This document shows, one piece after another, positions 1-8,372 of a DNA stretch of 57,248 bases. The position numbers and the translations under genes were made by a program. The first letter of the stretch is position 1. Every line of letters begins with the position of its first letter. The stretch lies in the sequence record DRR378314_1411. One strand, given 5' to 3'. The notes beneath the pieces were generated by a model, which had not been told where the DNA came from, did no database searches, and saw only the letters and a program-made list of their open reading frames with translations.

Positions 1-54
1 TTTTTTATGCTCCGGTTTTGAGGTATATTTATACGCACAAAATATAGCATCCCA

Positions 55-690
55 TTGAGTACCCAATCCAATCCTGTCCTACTAGAAGAAAAACTAAATG
101 CCTATTCCCATGCAATCGGAATTATATTGGCAGTAATCGGTAGCATATTGCTTTTTCAAAATGATTTGGAAAGTATACCGTATATGAAAGGTAGTGTTGT
201 TGCCTATACTTCCTCATTGATAGTATTGTTTACGGCATCAACCATTTATCATGCAGTGCAAAACCCTAAATTGAAAAGACGACTCAGGGTTTTAGATCAT
301 ATCAGTATTTATTATTTGATTGCGGGGACATATACTCCGGTATGCTTATCGGTACTGTTACCATCCAAGGGTTGGTTATTGTTTTACTTGGTATGGGGAA
401 TAGCTCTTTTCGGTACCGTACTCAAGATATTCTTCACCGGTAAGTTTGAAGCCTTTTCACTAGTGCTTTATGGGGTGATGGGATGGCTCATTGTGATTGA
501 TTTATCTTATCTACTGGAGCATATGTCCTCATCTCAACTAATATATCTTGCTGCTGGTGGTGCTTTTTATACCATTGGTATCTTATTCTATGCAGTAAAA
601 AAAATACCATATAATCATTTAATATGGCATTTTTTTGTGCTTGGGGGTGCAATAAGTCATTGGATGCTGGTCTATTCCTTAATCCAATAA
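55..690 (+). CDS. Hemolysin III / PAQR family membrane protein (TrhA/YqfA-like)
   Basis: EEKLNAYSH, STIYH, LDHISIYYLIAGTYTP and HLIWHFFVLGG motifs; about 7 hydrophobic helices; TTG start. Confidence 0.93.
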   Translation: MSTQSNPVLLEEKLNAYSHAIGIILAVIGSILLFQNDLESIPYMKGSVVAYTSSLIVLFTASTIYHAVQNPKLKRRLRVLDHISIYYLIAGTYTPVCLSVLLPSKGWLLFYLVWGIALFGTVLKIFFTGKFEAFSLVLYGVMGWLIVIDLSYLLEHMSSSQLIYLAAGGAFYTIGILFYAVKKIPYNHLIWHFFVLGGAISHWMLVYSLIQ

Positions 691-2910
691 AAAATTTGGT
701 GCTCTGTTGTAATAGCCCTGTGCGGTGGAGTTGAACTTGGATTGCATATTGGGAGAAACTGTAAAAGAATATTTATTGTTTTTTAGAACTCCACTCAGGT
801 AGCTGTTGTAATCAGGTATTCCTTGAAATCCTTTAATTTCTACTTGTTGCACTTTGAATCCATCATTTTCATAAACCGTATAGAAACCCCATGATTGTAT
901 TTCCTCCGGAATTTGTGGCAGAATTACTTGATCCATTTTTTGGCTATCATAAACCAAATTCCATCGATAGGAAACATTTAACCCGTTGATGACCTCTGGA
1001 GTTTCAGAATCAATGAAGATTTTACCAACAGTATGACCAACACCAGACGTGGTAATATCAATTTGATTGTTAAGGAAGCTATAATCAACTGACCAATCTA
1101 CTGGGGTAAAACTACCTTCAGGTTGACCGGTTCTTTCCGTAAAATAATCATTTATTCTAACCGTATATTTATAATTGGTGAAAGCATCGCTTATAAAATA
1201 TGGGATGCCATTGGGCGGTATGTATCCGTAACCATGGTTATGAATAAGATGATTTATATTGTTATTGAAATCGTTCAGGTTGAAAAAACCGCGAATATCG
1301 ATAGTTGAACTTTCAAATGCCTGACTATTCATGATAGGGTCATAAAAGCGTTGTTCCACACCTTGAGTTGTAAACATATCTGCAGAAATGATTAAATCTG
1401 AAGCAATATTGGAATCCAATACCGCATAGGAATATGTATTTAAGGTGTTGTTGTACATAGCCAAATAAAATGAATCAGATTGAAGGGCACTGTTTACAGT
1501 CTTTCGCTGTACAATAGAAATATCACTGGTAGGGCCACTTTCTATTTGATTAAAATTGGCGTAATAATCAAATCCCTGGGCCACAATATTAAGCTCATCA
1601 TTAAAATCGAAATTTTCGGTGGGGACCAGATAGGAGAATGAGGAATTTAGAAACCTTTTATTGGCTTTTAAGTTCATTGTTGGCATCACGGCAGGAGAAA
1701 CATTTTGGACTGTGGTAAACTCCGTTGCATTGCCTATTGCTCCACTAATGTATTCCCCAAAAGTAATCATATATTCAAAATCTCCTTCTATCTCGTTGGT
1801 TGTCTGTAGCTTGACCACTTCTGTATCACTATAAATCCTTTTTATATCCAATAGTTGGCCTTCCATATCTGAGGCAAAAACAAATAGTCTTGCTGATTCC
1901 GGGTTATAGAAACCTGTTGGAATGTTAATTGTAATTAATCGTCGCAATATCTCTATTGGAAATTCTACAATGGTCTCATTGCCCAACGAATCCAATGCTT
2001 TGATATAAATACTGATTGCCCCGGTGCTGAATCCATTTGGATTTAATTCCCATTCATGGGTTACCTCTCCTTCAAGAACCAATTGAGAAGAGTCCTCCAT
2101 TAAAAACTCAACTGAAGTAATAGCTGAGTATTCATCGGTAATATTAGGTGATACCATTGTCGGTTCGTCAACAATTTGATTCGCTGCAATGGATTCCAAA
2201 GAAACAATGGGTCCGGTATTATCTGAAATGAAAGCTACATCATATGTCGCCACATTATCGGCAAGATCTACGGCTTCTATCTTGAATGAATTTTCACCAT
2301 CGGACAGCTCTAAAGTGTTCAGGTTGATTTCATACGTGCCATCTGTATGCTCTTCCAATAAGGTTTCGTTCAAATAGGTTTTTACAGAATTCAAGCCCTC
2401 ATTATCACTTACACTAAAAGTGACAGTATTGGTGTCTCCTCCTATAACCTGTCCATCCGTTAAGGAAACCTCAGCGATAGAAGGTAATTCGTTGTCAATA
2501 TGGATAACTTGTTCCTTGGATGTTTCGTTTCCAGAGGTATCGGTTACGGTAACTTTTAGGATGTAGTCGGTAAACTTACCTGTTAATGTATTTTTTGACG
2601 CATAACTTGATACATCAATGACAATTTGATAGGGTGCAGTTGTATCTTCACCAACTTTTTCTCCATCAATAAAAGCCTCTACTTTAGCGACTCCGCCAGC
2701 ATCCTGTGCATCTACTTCTACAACAATTTGATTGCTTATAACTGGAGTTTCGGAACTTGTTGAACTTTGATTTCCTGGAATTGAAAAATCTACTTCGGGT
2801 GCAATTACATCAGGTTCTGGTGTCGGAGCAGGGTCTTCGGAGTCGGAGGAGCAGGAATACAAAATGATGGTGGCTGCCAATAGCAGCATAATAGGACGTA
2901 AAAAATTCAT
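679..2910 (-). CDS. Ig-like (Big) domain-containing surface lipoprotein
   Basis: Lipoprotein signal ending ILYSC followed by acidic SSDSED; about three bacterial Ig-like repeats (e.g. VDAQDAGGVAKVEAFIDGEKVGEDTTAPY; VTDTSGN, AVDLADN, ALDSLGN); unassigned C-terminal half. Confidence 0.8.
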   Translation of the reverse strand: MNFLRPIMLLLAATIILYSCSSDSEDPAPTPEPDVIAPEVDFSIPGNQSSTSSETPVISNQIVVEVDAQDAGGVAKVEAFIDGEKVGEDTTAPYQIVIDVSSYASKNTLTGKFTDYILKVTVTDTSGNETSKEQVIHIDNELPSIAEVSLTDGQVIGGDTNTVTFSVSDNEGLNSVKTYLNETLLEEHTDGTYEINLNTLELSDGENSFKIEAVDLADNVATYDVAFISDNTGPIVSLESIAANQIVDEPTMVSPNITDEYSAITSVEFLMEDSSQLVLEGEVTHEWELNPNGFSTGAISIYIKALDSLGNETIVEFPIEILRRLITINIPTGFYNPESARLFVFASDMEGQLLDIKRIYSDTEVVKLQTTNEIEGDFEYMITFGEYISGAIGNATEFTTVQNVSPAVMPTMNLKANKRFLNSSFSYLVPTENFDFNDELNIVAQGFDYYANFNQIESGPTSDISIVQRKTVNSALQSDSFYLAMYNNTLNTYSYAVLDSNIASDLIISADMFTTQGVEQRFYDPIMNSQAFESSTIDIRGFFNLNDFNNNINHLIHNHGYGYIPPNGIPYFISDAFTNYKYTVRINDYFTERTGQPEGSFTPVDWSVDYSFLNNQIDITTSGVGHTVGKIFIDSETPEVINGLNVSYRWNLVYDSQKMDQVILPQIPEEIQSWGFYTVYENDGFKVQQVEIKGFQGIPDYNSYLSGVLKNNKYSFTVSPNMQSKFNSTAQGYYNRAPNFLLD

Positions 2911-3035
2911 GAAGCTAGTTTAGTTGAGGGGAAAATAATTCTTTTTGGTGAAAAAACATTGTTTTTTACCTTGGAAAAGTAAGAAAATTCGGTAAAATAC
3001 TGGTTTTCAGAAATTGTAGGATTCGGTAACCATAA

Positions 3036-3722
3036 TTACACCAAATAGGCGATCCCGATTCCCAATATGATTACCACCAATTTTCTAAGGTTAAAGGCAT
3101 GCCCTTGCGCACTTTCAAACAAAATAATGGTGGATATATGAAAGAAGACTCCAATGGCCAAGGCAGTAAGTAGATGCCCGTAATTCGCCACTATCTGGGA
3201 TGTGGAGATATAACTTCCTAAGGGTGTCATCAAGGAAAAAGCACCGATGAACAATAGGGTGGTTGTCAGCTTCATTTTTGAATTGATCAAAAAGATGCTC
3301 AAGATAATGGCTATCGGAATTTTGTGGATAATGATTCCATAGAGGATGGAATCATTATCATGTATGGGAACCCCTTCCACCAACGCATGGATGGAAAGAC
3401 TGATAAACAATACTACAGGAAACTTATTTTTTTCTAGATGAAAATGCATATGTCCATGTTCCGCTCCTTTGGAGAAAAACTCCAAAAACACTTGCAGCAG
3501 AATACCCCCCAAAATAAATAGGGCTATGGTTTTTGGTTCGTGTCCATTATAGACATCCGGTAATAATTCAAAAAATGTTAGCGATAACAAAAATGCGCCA
3601 CTAAAAGCCAACAAGAGTTTAATGTTGTGGTTATTTTTTGGTTTTGTGAACCAAACAAATCCAAATCCGGCCCAAACAGCCAAAATGGGTATGAGATAAA
3701 TTATAGCGGAAGGAAAATCCAT
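3036..3722 (-). CDS. ZIP family divalent metal transporter
   Basis: LLAFSGAFLL, His-rich loop EHGHMHFH, IHALVEG and IIHKIP metal-site helices. Confidence 0.9.
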   Translation of the reverse strand: MDFPSAIIYLIPILAVWAGFGFVWFTKPKNNHNIKLLLAFSGAFLLSLTFFELLPDVYNGHEPKTIALFILGGILLQVFLEFFSKGAEHGHMHFHLEKNKFPVVLFISLSIHALVEGVPIHDNDSILYGIIIHKIPIAIILSIFLINSKMKLTTTLLFIGAFSLMTPLGSYISTSQIVANYGHLLTALAIGVFFHISTIILFESAQGHAFNLRKLVVIILGIGIAYLV

Positions 3723-3738
3723 AGGTAGAATTAAAGGA

Positions 3739-3759
3739 GCAAAAATAGCCTATTTTTGC
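3739..3759. promoter_or_regulatory. Back-to-back divergent Bacteroidota -7 boxes (TATTTTTG on both strands)
   Basis: GCAAAAATAG-C-CTATTTTTGC; TAnnTTTG at 3751-3758 (+) and 3747-3740 (-) in the 56-bp gap between divergent genes. Confidence 0.7.
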
Positions 3760-3778
3760 GTAAAGTTTTTAAGATAGT

Positions 3779-4942
3779 ATGACTGGAAATTTTAAGATGA
3801 TGGCCAAAACCCTTTACGGTTTCGAGCCTATTTTGGCAAAGGAGCTTCGTAATTTGGGTGCTGGCCTTGTGGAGGAAGGTGTTCGTAATGTTACTTTTGA
3901 AGGGGATACCGGTTTTATGTACAAGGCAAACCTTTGCTTGCGAACCGCACTAAAGGTGTTCAAGCCCATAAAAACCTTTCGGGTTTTTAACGAAAAGGAC
4001 CTTTATAAACATATTTACGATTTGGATTGGCCGGATATTTTTGGAGTGGAAAAAACTTTTGCCATTGACAGTATTGCCAATACGGAGGTTTTTGACAACT
4101 CCATGTTCGTGTCCTTAAAGGCCAAGGACGCCATAGTTGACAAGTTTAGGGAAGTTGTTCGAGAGCGTCCCAATGTGAAGACGCAAGACCCTGATATTCG
4201 AATCAACATACATATTTTTAAAAATACGTGCACAGTTTCTTTGGACAGTTCTGGGAATTCCTTGCACCAAAGGGGATACCGCATCCTGACCAATATTGCC
4301 CCCATCAATGAAGTATTGGCCGCTGGCCTTTTGCTTAAGAGCGGTTGGGACGGCCAAACGGATTTTTTTGATCCTATGTGCGGAAGCGGAACTTTTTTGA
4401 TCGAGGCGGCGATGATTGCCTGTAATATTCCGGCAAACATCAACAGGGAATCCTATGCGTTTATGCATTGGAACGATTATGATGCCGAGCTTCACAATAA
4501 AATTGTGGATGCCAGTTTAAAGAAAGTACGAGAGTTTCATCATAAAATCATTGGTTACGACAAAGCTCCTTCGGCCGTGCGAAAAGCGCAAGAAAATGTA
4601 GATCACGCCAACCTATCGGATTACATTACTGTGGAACGCAAAGATTTTTTCAGGGCCGACAAGCCAGTAGAGGGTAAATTGCACATGGTTTTCAATCCAC
4701 CTTATGGAGAAAGATTGCCCATTGATATGGAAATTTTCTATGGTAAAATAGGGGACACCTTTAAGAAAATATATCCGGGAACGGATGCCTGGTTGATCAC
4801 TTCAAATTTGGAGGCACTAAAGCACATCGGCTTAAAGACATCTAAAAGGATAAAGACCTTTAATGGTAAATTAGAAGCAAGATTGGTAAAGTACGATATC
4901 TACGAGGGTAGCAAAAAAGCCAAGTTTCAGGATAACGATTAG
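3779..4942 (+). CDS. THUMP-domain class I SAM-dependent RNA methyltransferase (RlmL-like)
   Basis: SLDSSGNSLHQRGYR, APINEVLAAGLL, DPMCGSGT and NPPYGER motifs. Confidence 0.92.
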   Translation: MTGNFKMMAKTLYGFEPILAKELRNLGAGLVEEGVRNVTFEGDTGFMYKANLCLRTALKVFKPIKTFRVFNEKDLYKHIYDLDWPDIFGVEKTFAIDSIANTEVFDNSMFVSLKAKDAIVDKFREVVRERPNVKTQDPDIRINIHIFKNTCTVSLDSSGNSLHQRGYRILTNIAPINEVLAAGLLLKSGWDGQTDFFDPMCGSGTFLIEAAMIACNIPANINRESYAFMHWNDYDAELHNKIVDASLKKVREFHHKIIGYDKAPSAVRKAQENVDHANLSDYITVERKDFFRADKPVEGKLHMVFNPPYGERLPIDMEIFYGKIGDTFKKIYPGTDAWLITSNLEALKHIGLKTSKRIKTFNGKLEARLVKYDIYEGSKKAKFQDND

Positions 4943-4980
4943 TTGTGTGCGCACAAAAAAATAGGTGGTCTTAAAATGTA

Positions 4981-5013
4981 TTTGACAAATACTAAAAGAA
5001 TTGTTTAGATTTG
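4981..5013 (+). promoter_or_regulatory. Consensus Bacteroidota housekeeping promoter (-33/-7) with no credible CDS downstream
   Basis: TTTG (4981-4984), 21-nt spacer, TAGATTTG (5006-5013). Confidence 0.6.
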
Positions 5014-5018
5014 GTGAT

Positions 5019-5089
5019 GTGTTTAAAACACGACTAACTAACTCAACCAAGTTTTATAGAAGGAGTCCAATGTGGCTCCTTTTATTTTT
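5019..5089 (+). ncRNA. Candidate ~70-nt small RNA with an AC-rich single-stranded core
   Basis: Own promoter; 5' hairpin GTGTT-TAA-AACAC; core GACTAACTAACTCAACCAAG; terminator AAGGAGTC-N6-GGCTCCTT followed by TTATTTTT. Confidence 0.55.
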
Positions 5090-5423
5090 CCGACCAGATG
5101 GCAAGCTCATTTCCAGAAGAATCCGTAAAATGGAATCTTTTTCCTCCCGGAAACTCAAAAATCTCTTTGGTCACAGAACCCCCTGCCGCAATTACTTTAT
5201 CTTTTATTGCAACCAGGTCTTTATGGTATAGTACAATCAGAACCCCATTGGTGATAGGTTCAGTGGTCAGCTCAAAACCACCATTGATCCCACTTTCTGA
5301 AAATGCGGTATAGGTTGGTCCATAATCGGTAAAAGTCCAACCAAAGGTTTGAGAATAAAATGCTTTGGTCATTTCCAGATCTGTTGATTTGAACTCGATA
5401 TAGTCGATACGGGTAGTTTCCAT
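5082..5423 (-). CDS. VOC / glyoxalase family protein
   Basis: IDYIEF, FYSQTFGWTFTDYGP and IFEFPGGKRFHFTDSSGNELAIWSE. Confidence 0.9.
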   Translation of the reverse strand: METTRIDYIEFKSTDLEMTKAFYSQTFGWTFTDYGPTYTAFSESGINGGFELTTEPITNGVLIVLYHKDLVAIKDKVIAAGGSVTKEIFEFPGGKRFHFTDSSGNELAIWSEK

Positions 5424-5424
5424 A

Positions 5425-6180
5425 TTATTGTTGATTATCTTCTTTTGGTTTTTTGGACTTTTTGTAAAGGGGAATAAAGTAGGTGATGGAATAATTGTAG
5501 TTCACTCCAAATTTACTGCCCTCGGTAACTTTATTGAATCCGGGAATCCATAGATTGGGGAATGCTTCATCCTCTGTATTGGTGACCAAGAAGCCCAAAC
5601 GCGTACTCATGCCTGCAAAAATATTGGCGAACAGCTCTACTTTAACTCCCACCACAAATTCCAGCCACGAAGCGGATAACCCATTAAATTCACGATCTGG
5701 ATTTTCACCGGACAAAAAATCTTGGTTGAAGAAACGGTCCGTTTCATACAAGTTGTATTCATTTAAAGTCTGACTAAAACTCGCCACGGCATAACGCCCA
5801 CCAATGGTAATGGCATTGTTCATGCCATACCAATTTTCATAAGTGTTCAAATCTACTCCCGCCTTAATATAGCTTCCGGAAGTTTCGTAGTCGTACAAGA
5901 GGGTATTGTTCAGGTTTTCCCTCTGTCTTTTGGTTTCGTTCCCTATTTCGGCAGCCAAATACAGTTTACGGGTAAGTCGGTAGTCGCCCACCAATTCCAA
6001 ACCTGTATAATCTTCGTCCACAAAAGAGAGCACTAATTTACTGATGTCGGCACCCACACGCAGGCCATATTGATCCTTATATTCTACAGTATCTTTTTGG
6101 GAAAGATCCAGAGGTTCGCTTTGTGCTTCCGCCAAAATAGGTAGTAGACCAATTAAAATGCTAATGAAATATTTTGACAT
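5425..6180 (-). CDS. DUF6048-like outer-membrane beta-barrel protein
   Basis: Signal peptide; alternating beta-strand pattern; YGLRVGADIS and NLWIPGFNK motifs; coupled to the upstream lipoprotein gene. Confidence 0.65.
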   Translation of the reverse strand: MSKYFISILIGLLPILAEAQSEPLDLSQKDTVEYKDQYGLRVGADISKLVLSFVDEDYTGLELVGDYRLTRKLYLAAEIGNETKRQRENLNNTLLYDYETSGSYIKAGVDLNTYENWYGMNNAITIGGRYAVASFSQTLNEYNLYETDRFFNQDFLSGENPDREFNGLSASWLEFVVGVKVELFANIFAGMSTRLGFLVTNTEDEAFPNLWIPGFNKVTEGSKFGVNYNYSITYFIPLYKKSKKPKEDNQQ

Positions 6181-6679
6181 GGATGTTATTGGTGTTTTCT
6201 ACATTCGGTTGAACAACCTTAATATCTTGAATCCAGTTTTCGGCACTTTCTGGAACCGTAACAGCAATGTTGTTGTAGTTGACTACAAAACCGCAGGCTC
6301 TTGAAATAAAGGCTTCGCCAAGTTCGTAAGAAATGGTCAAGGTGTCAATATTTCCAGTTTCCTGATCGGTTTCATCATCATCGGCCGAATTTGAAATAAT
6401 TTGGTACATGGTAGTGGTTGCATTACTTCTTAATGGCACTTGTAAGGAATCGGGCGAGTTTGATCTATCACTAAAAGAAGCGTTGGATAAGACACTATCG
6501 ATGTCGATGCTTCTAATTCGTATTGAAGGAACTCTTTTTGCCGCAGTGGTATCATCTATGTTAAAAAAACCGATGACCATAAGCGGTGTATCGCCCTCAA
6601 CGCATATATCGTCCTTTTCACAGGAAGAAACAAAGTAGAGCGTTGCTGCAATAAGTAGGATGGGGATTATTTTCTTCAT
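6161..6679 (-). CDS. DUF6452-like lipoprotein
   Basis: Lipobox VSSC followed by EKDDIC; FISRACGF motif; C-terminal HVKIFH. Confidence 0.7.
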   Translation of the reverse strand: MKKIIPILLIAATLYFVSSCEKDDICVEGDTPLMVIGFFNIDDTTAAKRVPSIRIRSIDIDSVLSNASFSDRSNSPDSLQVPLRSNATTTMYQIISNSADDDETDQETGNIDTLTISYELGEAFISRACGFVVNYNNIAVTVPESAENWIQDIKVVQPNVENTNNIHVKIFH

Positions 6680-6709
6680 TCCGGTTACCTATGGATTTTA
6701 ATTCAAAAA

Positions 6710-8122
6710 CTACACCCGTTTTTCCAAAAGTACAACATTTTCAACGTGGTGCGTTTGCGGGAACATATCAACCGGTTGAACTTTGGTTACTTTGTATTTT
6801 TCTTTCATTAGCGCCAAATCCCTGGCCTGGGTCGCGCTATTGCAGCTAACGTAAACAATTTTTGGCGGAGCTACCTGTAAAAGTTGTTCAACCACCTGTT
6901 TGTGCATACCATCGCGGGGGGGATCTGTAATAATAACATCGGGTTGCCCATGTTCTTCTATAAACGCATTGTTGAACACATTTTTCATATCGCCAACAAA
7001 GAATTCCGTATTTGAAATGTTGTTGTGCAGCGCATTGGACTTGGCATCTTCAATAGCTTCGGGAACGGATTCCACCCCAACCACTTTTCTGGCGTTTTTG
7101 GAGATAAACTGGGCAATGGTTCCAGTGCCCGTATACAGATCGTATACCAATTCCTCTCCGGTAAGTCCAGCAAAATCACGTGCTACTTTATAAAGTTCGT
7201 TGGCTTGGGCCGAGTTGGTCTGATAAAACGATTTTGCATTGATTTTGAATTGAAGCCCTTCCATTTCCTCAAAAATATGATCACGACCTGCATAGCAAAT
7301 CACCTCTTGATCATAAATGGTGTCGTTTCCTTTGGAATTGATGACGTAAAGCAATGCAGTTATCTCCGGGAATGTTTCCTTTAAATGATTCAGGAGCAAT
7401 TCGCGATACTCCTTATTTTCTTCGAAGAACTGGATAAGAACCATAATTTCCCCTGTGGATGATGTCCGAATCATAAGGGTTCGCAAAAGGCCTTCTTGTC
7501 TTCTTGGGTTAAAAAAGGTTAATCCAATTTTGTTGGCAAAGTTTTTCGTTTCCAATCGTATGGCATTGGAAGGGTCTTTTTGCAAATGGCACTTTTTAAT
7601 GTCCAATATTTTGTCCCACATGCCAGGAATATGGAATCCCAAAGCATTCCTATCTTCAATTTCAATGTCGGAGTTGATTTCTTCCTGAGTCAACCATCGA
7701 CTATCGGAAAAAGAGAACTCCATCTTGTTTCGGTAAAAATATTGTTCTTTGGAACCCAAAATAGGTGTTGTCTCGGGTAGCTCTAGGTTTCCTATGCGTT
7801 TTAGGTTGTTCTCGACTTCTTTTTGCTTAAAATGGAGCTGGTGTTCGTAGCCCATATGTTGCCATTTGCATCCTCCACATACACCGAAGTGCTCACAAAC
7901 AGGTTCTGTTCTTTTGTCGGAAAGTGTATGGAAGTTGGTGGCAACGCCCTCAAAATAGGCTTTTCGTTTTTTGGTGGTCATCACATCCACTACATCACCG
8001 GGCACGGCATTGGTCAAGAAAATTACCCGTCCGTCCGGGGCTTTTCCTACGGATTTTCCTTTTGCACCGGCGTCGACTACTTCTACCTTTTCAAACGTTT
8101 TTCTCCTTCTATTTTTACGCAT
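6710..8122 (-). CDS. rlmD: 23S rRNA (uracil-1939-C5)-methyltransferase
   Basis: TRAM N-terminus; CEHFGVCGGC 4Fe-4S motif; SFYQTN, DLYTGTGTI, DPPRDG, YVSCN and DMFPQTHHVE. Confidence 0.95.
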   Translation of the reverse strand: MRKNRRRKTFEKVEVVDAGAKGKSVGKAPDGRVIFLTNAVPGDVVDVMTTKKRKAYFEGVATNFHTLSDKRTEPVCEHFGVCGGCKWQHMGYEHQLHFKQKEVENNLKRIGNLELPETTPILGSKEQYFYRNKMEFSFSDSRWLTQEEINSDIEIEDRNALGFHIPGMWDKILDIKKCHLQKDPSNAIRLETKNFANKIGLTFFNPRRQEGLLRTLMIRTSSTGEIMVLIQFFEENKEYRELLLNHLKETFPEITALLYVINSKGNDTIYDQEVICYAGRDHIFEEMEGLQFKINAKSFYQTNSAQANELYKVARDFAGLTGEELVYDLYTGTGTIAQFISKNARKVVGVESVPEAIEDAKSNALHNNISNTEFFVGDMKNVFNNAFIEEHGQPDVIITDPPRDGMHKQVVEQLLQVAPPKIVYVSCNSATQARDLALMKEKYKVTKVQPVDMFPQTHHVENVVLLEKRV

Positions 8123-8254
8123 GCCGCAAAAGTAAGTTCTTTTTGGTATTTCACAGAATGCAGCCTCTTAAATTGCATCTAAACTTTCGGTTGTTCAAGT
8201 GTGAATCCACGCTCAGAAAATTACATTTTCATTAATTAATTTGTAATTTGCGGG

Positions 8255-8341
8255 CACTCCAAGGGATGATTTCTCTCCCACGCTGCTTTTTCGCCCCGAT
8301 CACTGTTGGGACTTCGAAAGAATAAAGGTACAGTAGGAATG
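8255..8341. ncRNA. Candidate structured RNA element in the rlmD/rocD intergenic region (rocD leader)
   Basis: GC-richer island with nested stems GGGA/TCCC, TTTTTCG/CGAAAGA and CCCGAT/GTTGGG; outer CACTCC/GGAATG. Confidence 0.35.
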
Positions 8342-8372
8342 GTTATTTTATCAATTTTAATCATTTAATGAA

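Noticed and set aside
5001-5231. 76-aa + strand ORF over the sRNA candidate
   Set aside because: Its TTG start lies upstream of the promoter box, it runs through a terminator and it is antisense to the VOC gene
8255-8341. SRP RNA or glycine riboswitch on the - strand (AAGCAGC and GGAGAG words)
   Set aside because: The SRP CAGG..GGAA partner strand and the ordered glycine-aptamer motifs are absent
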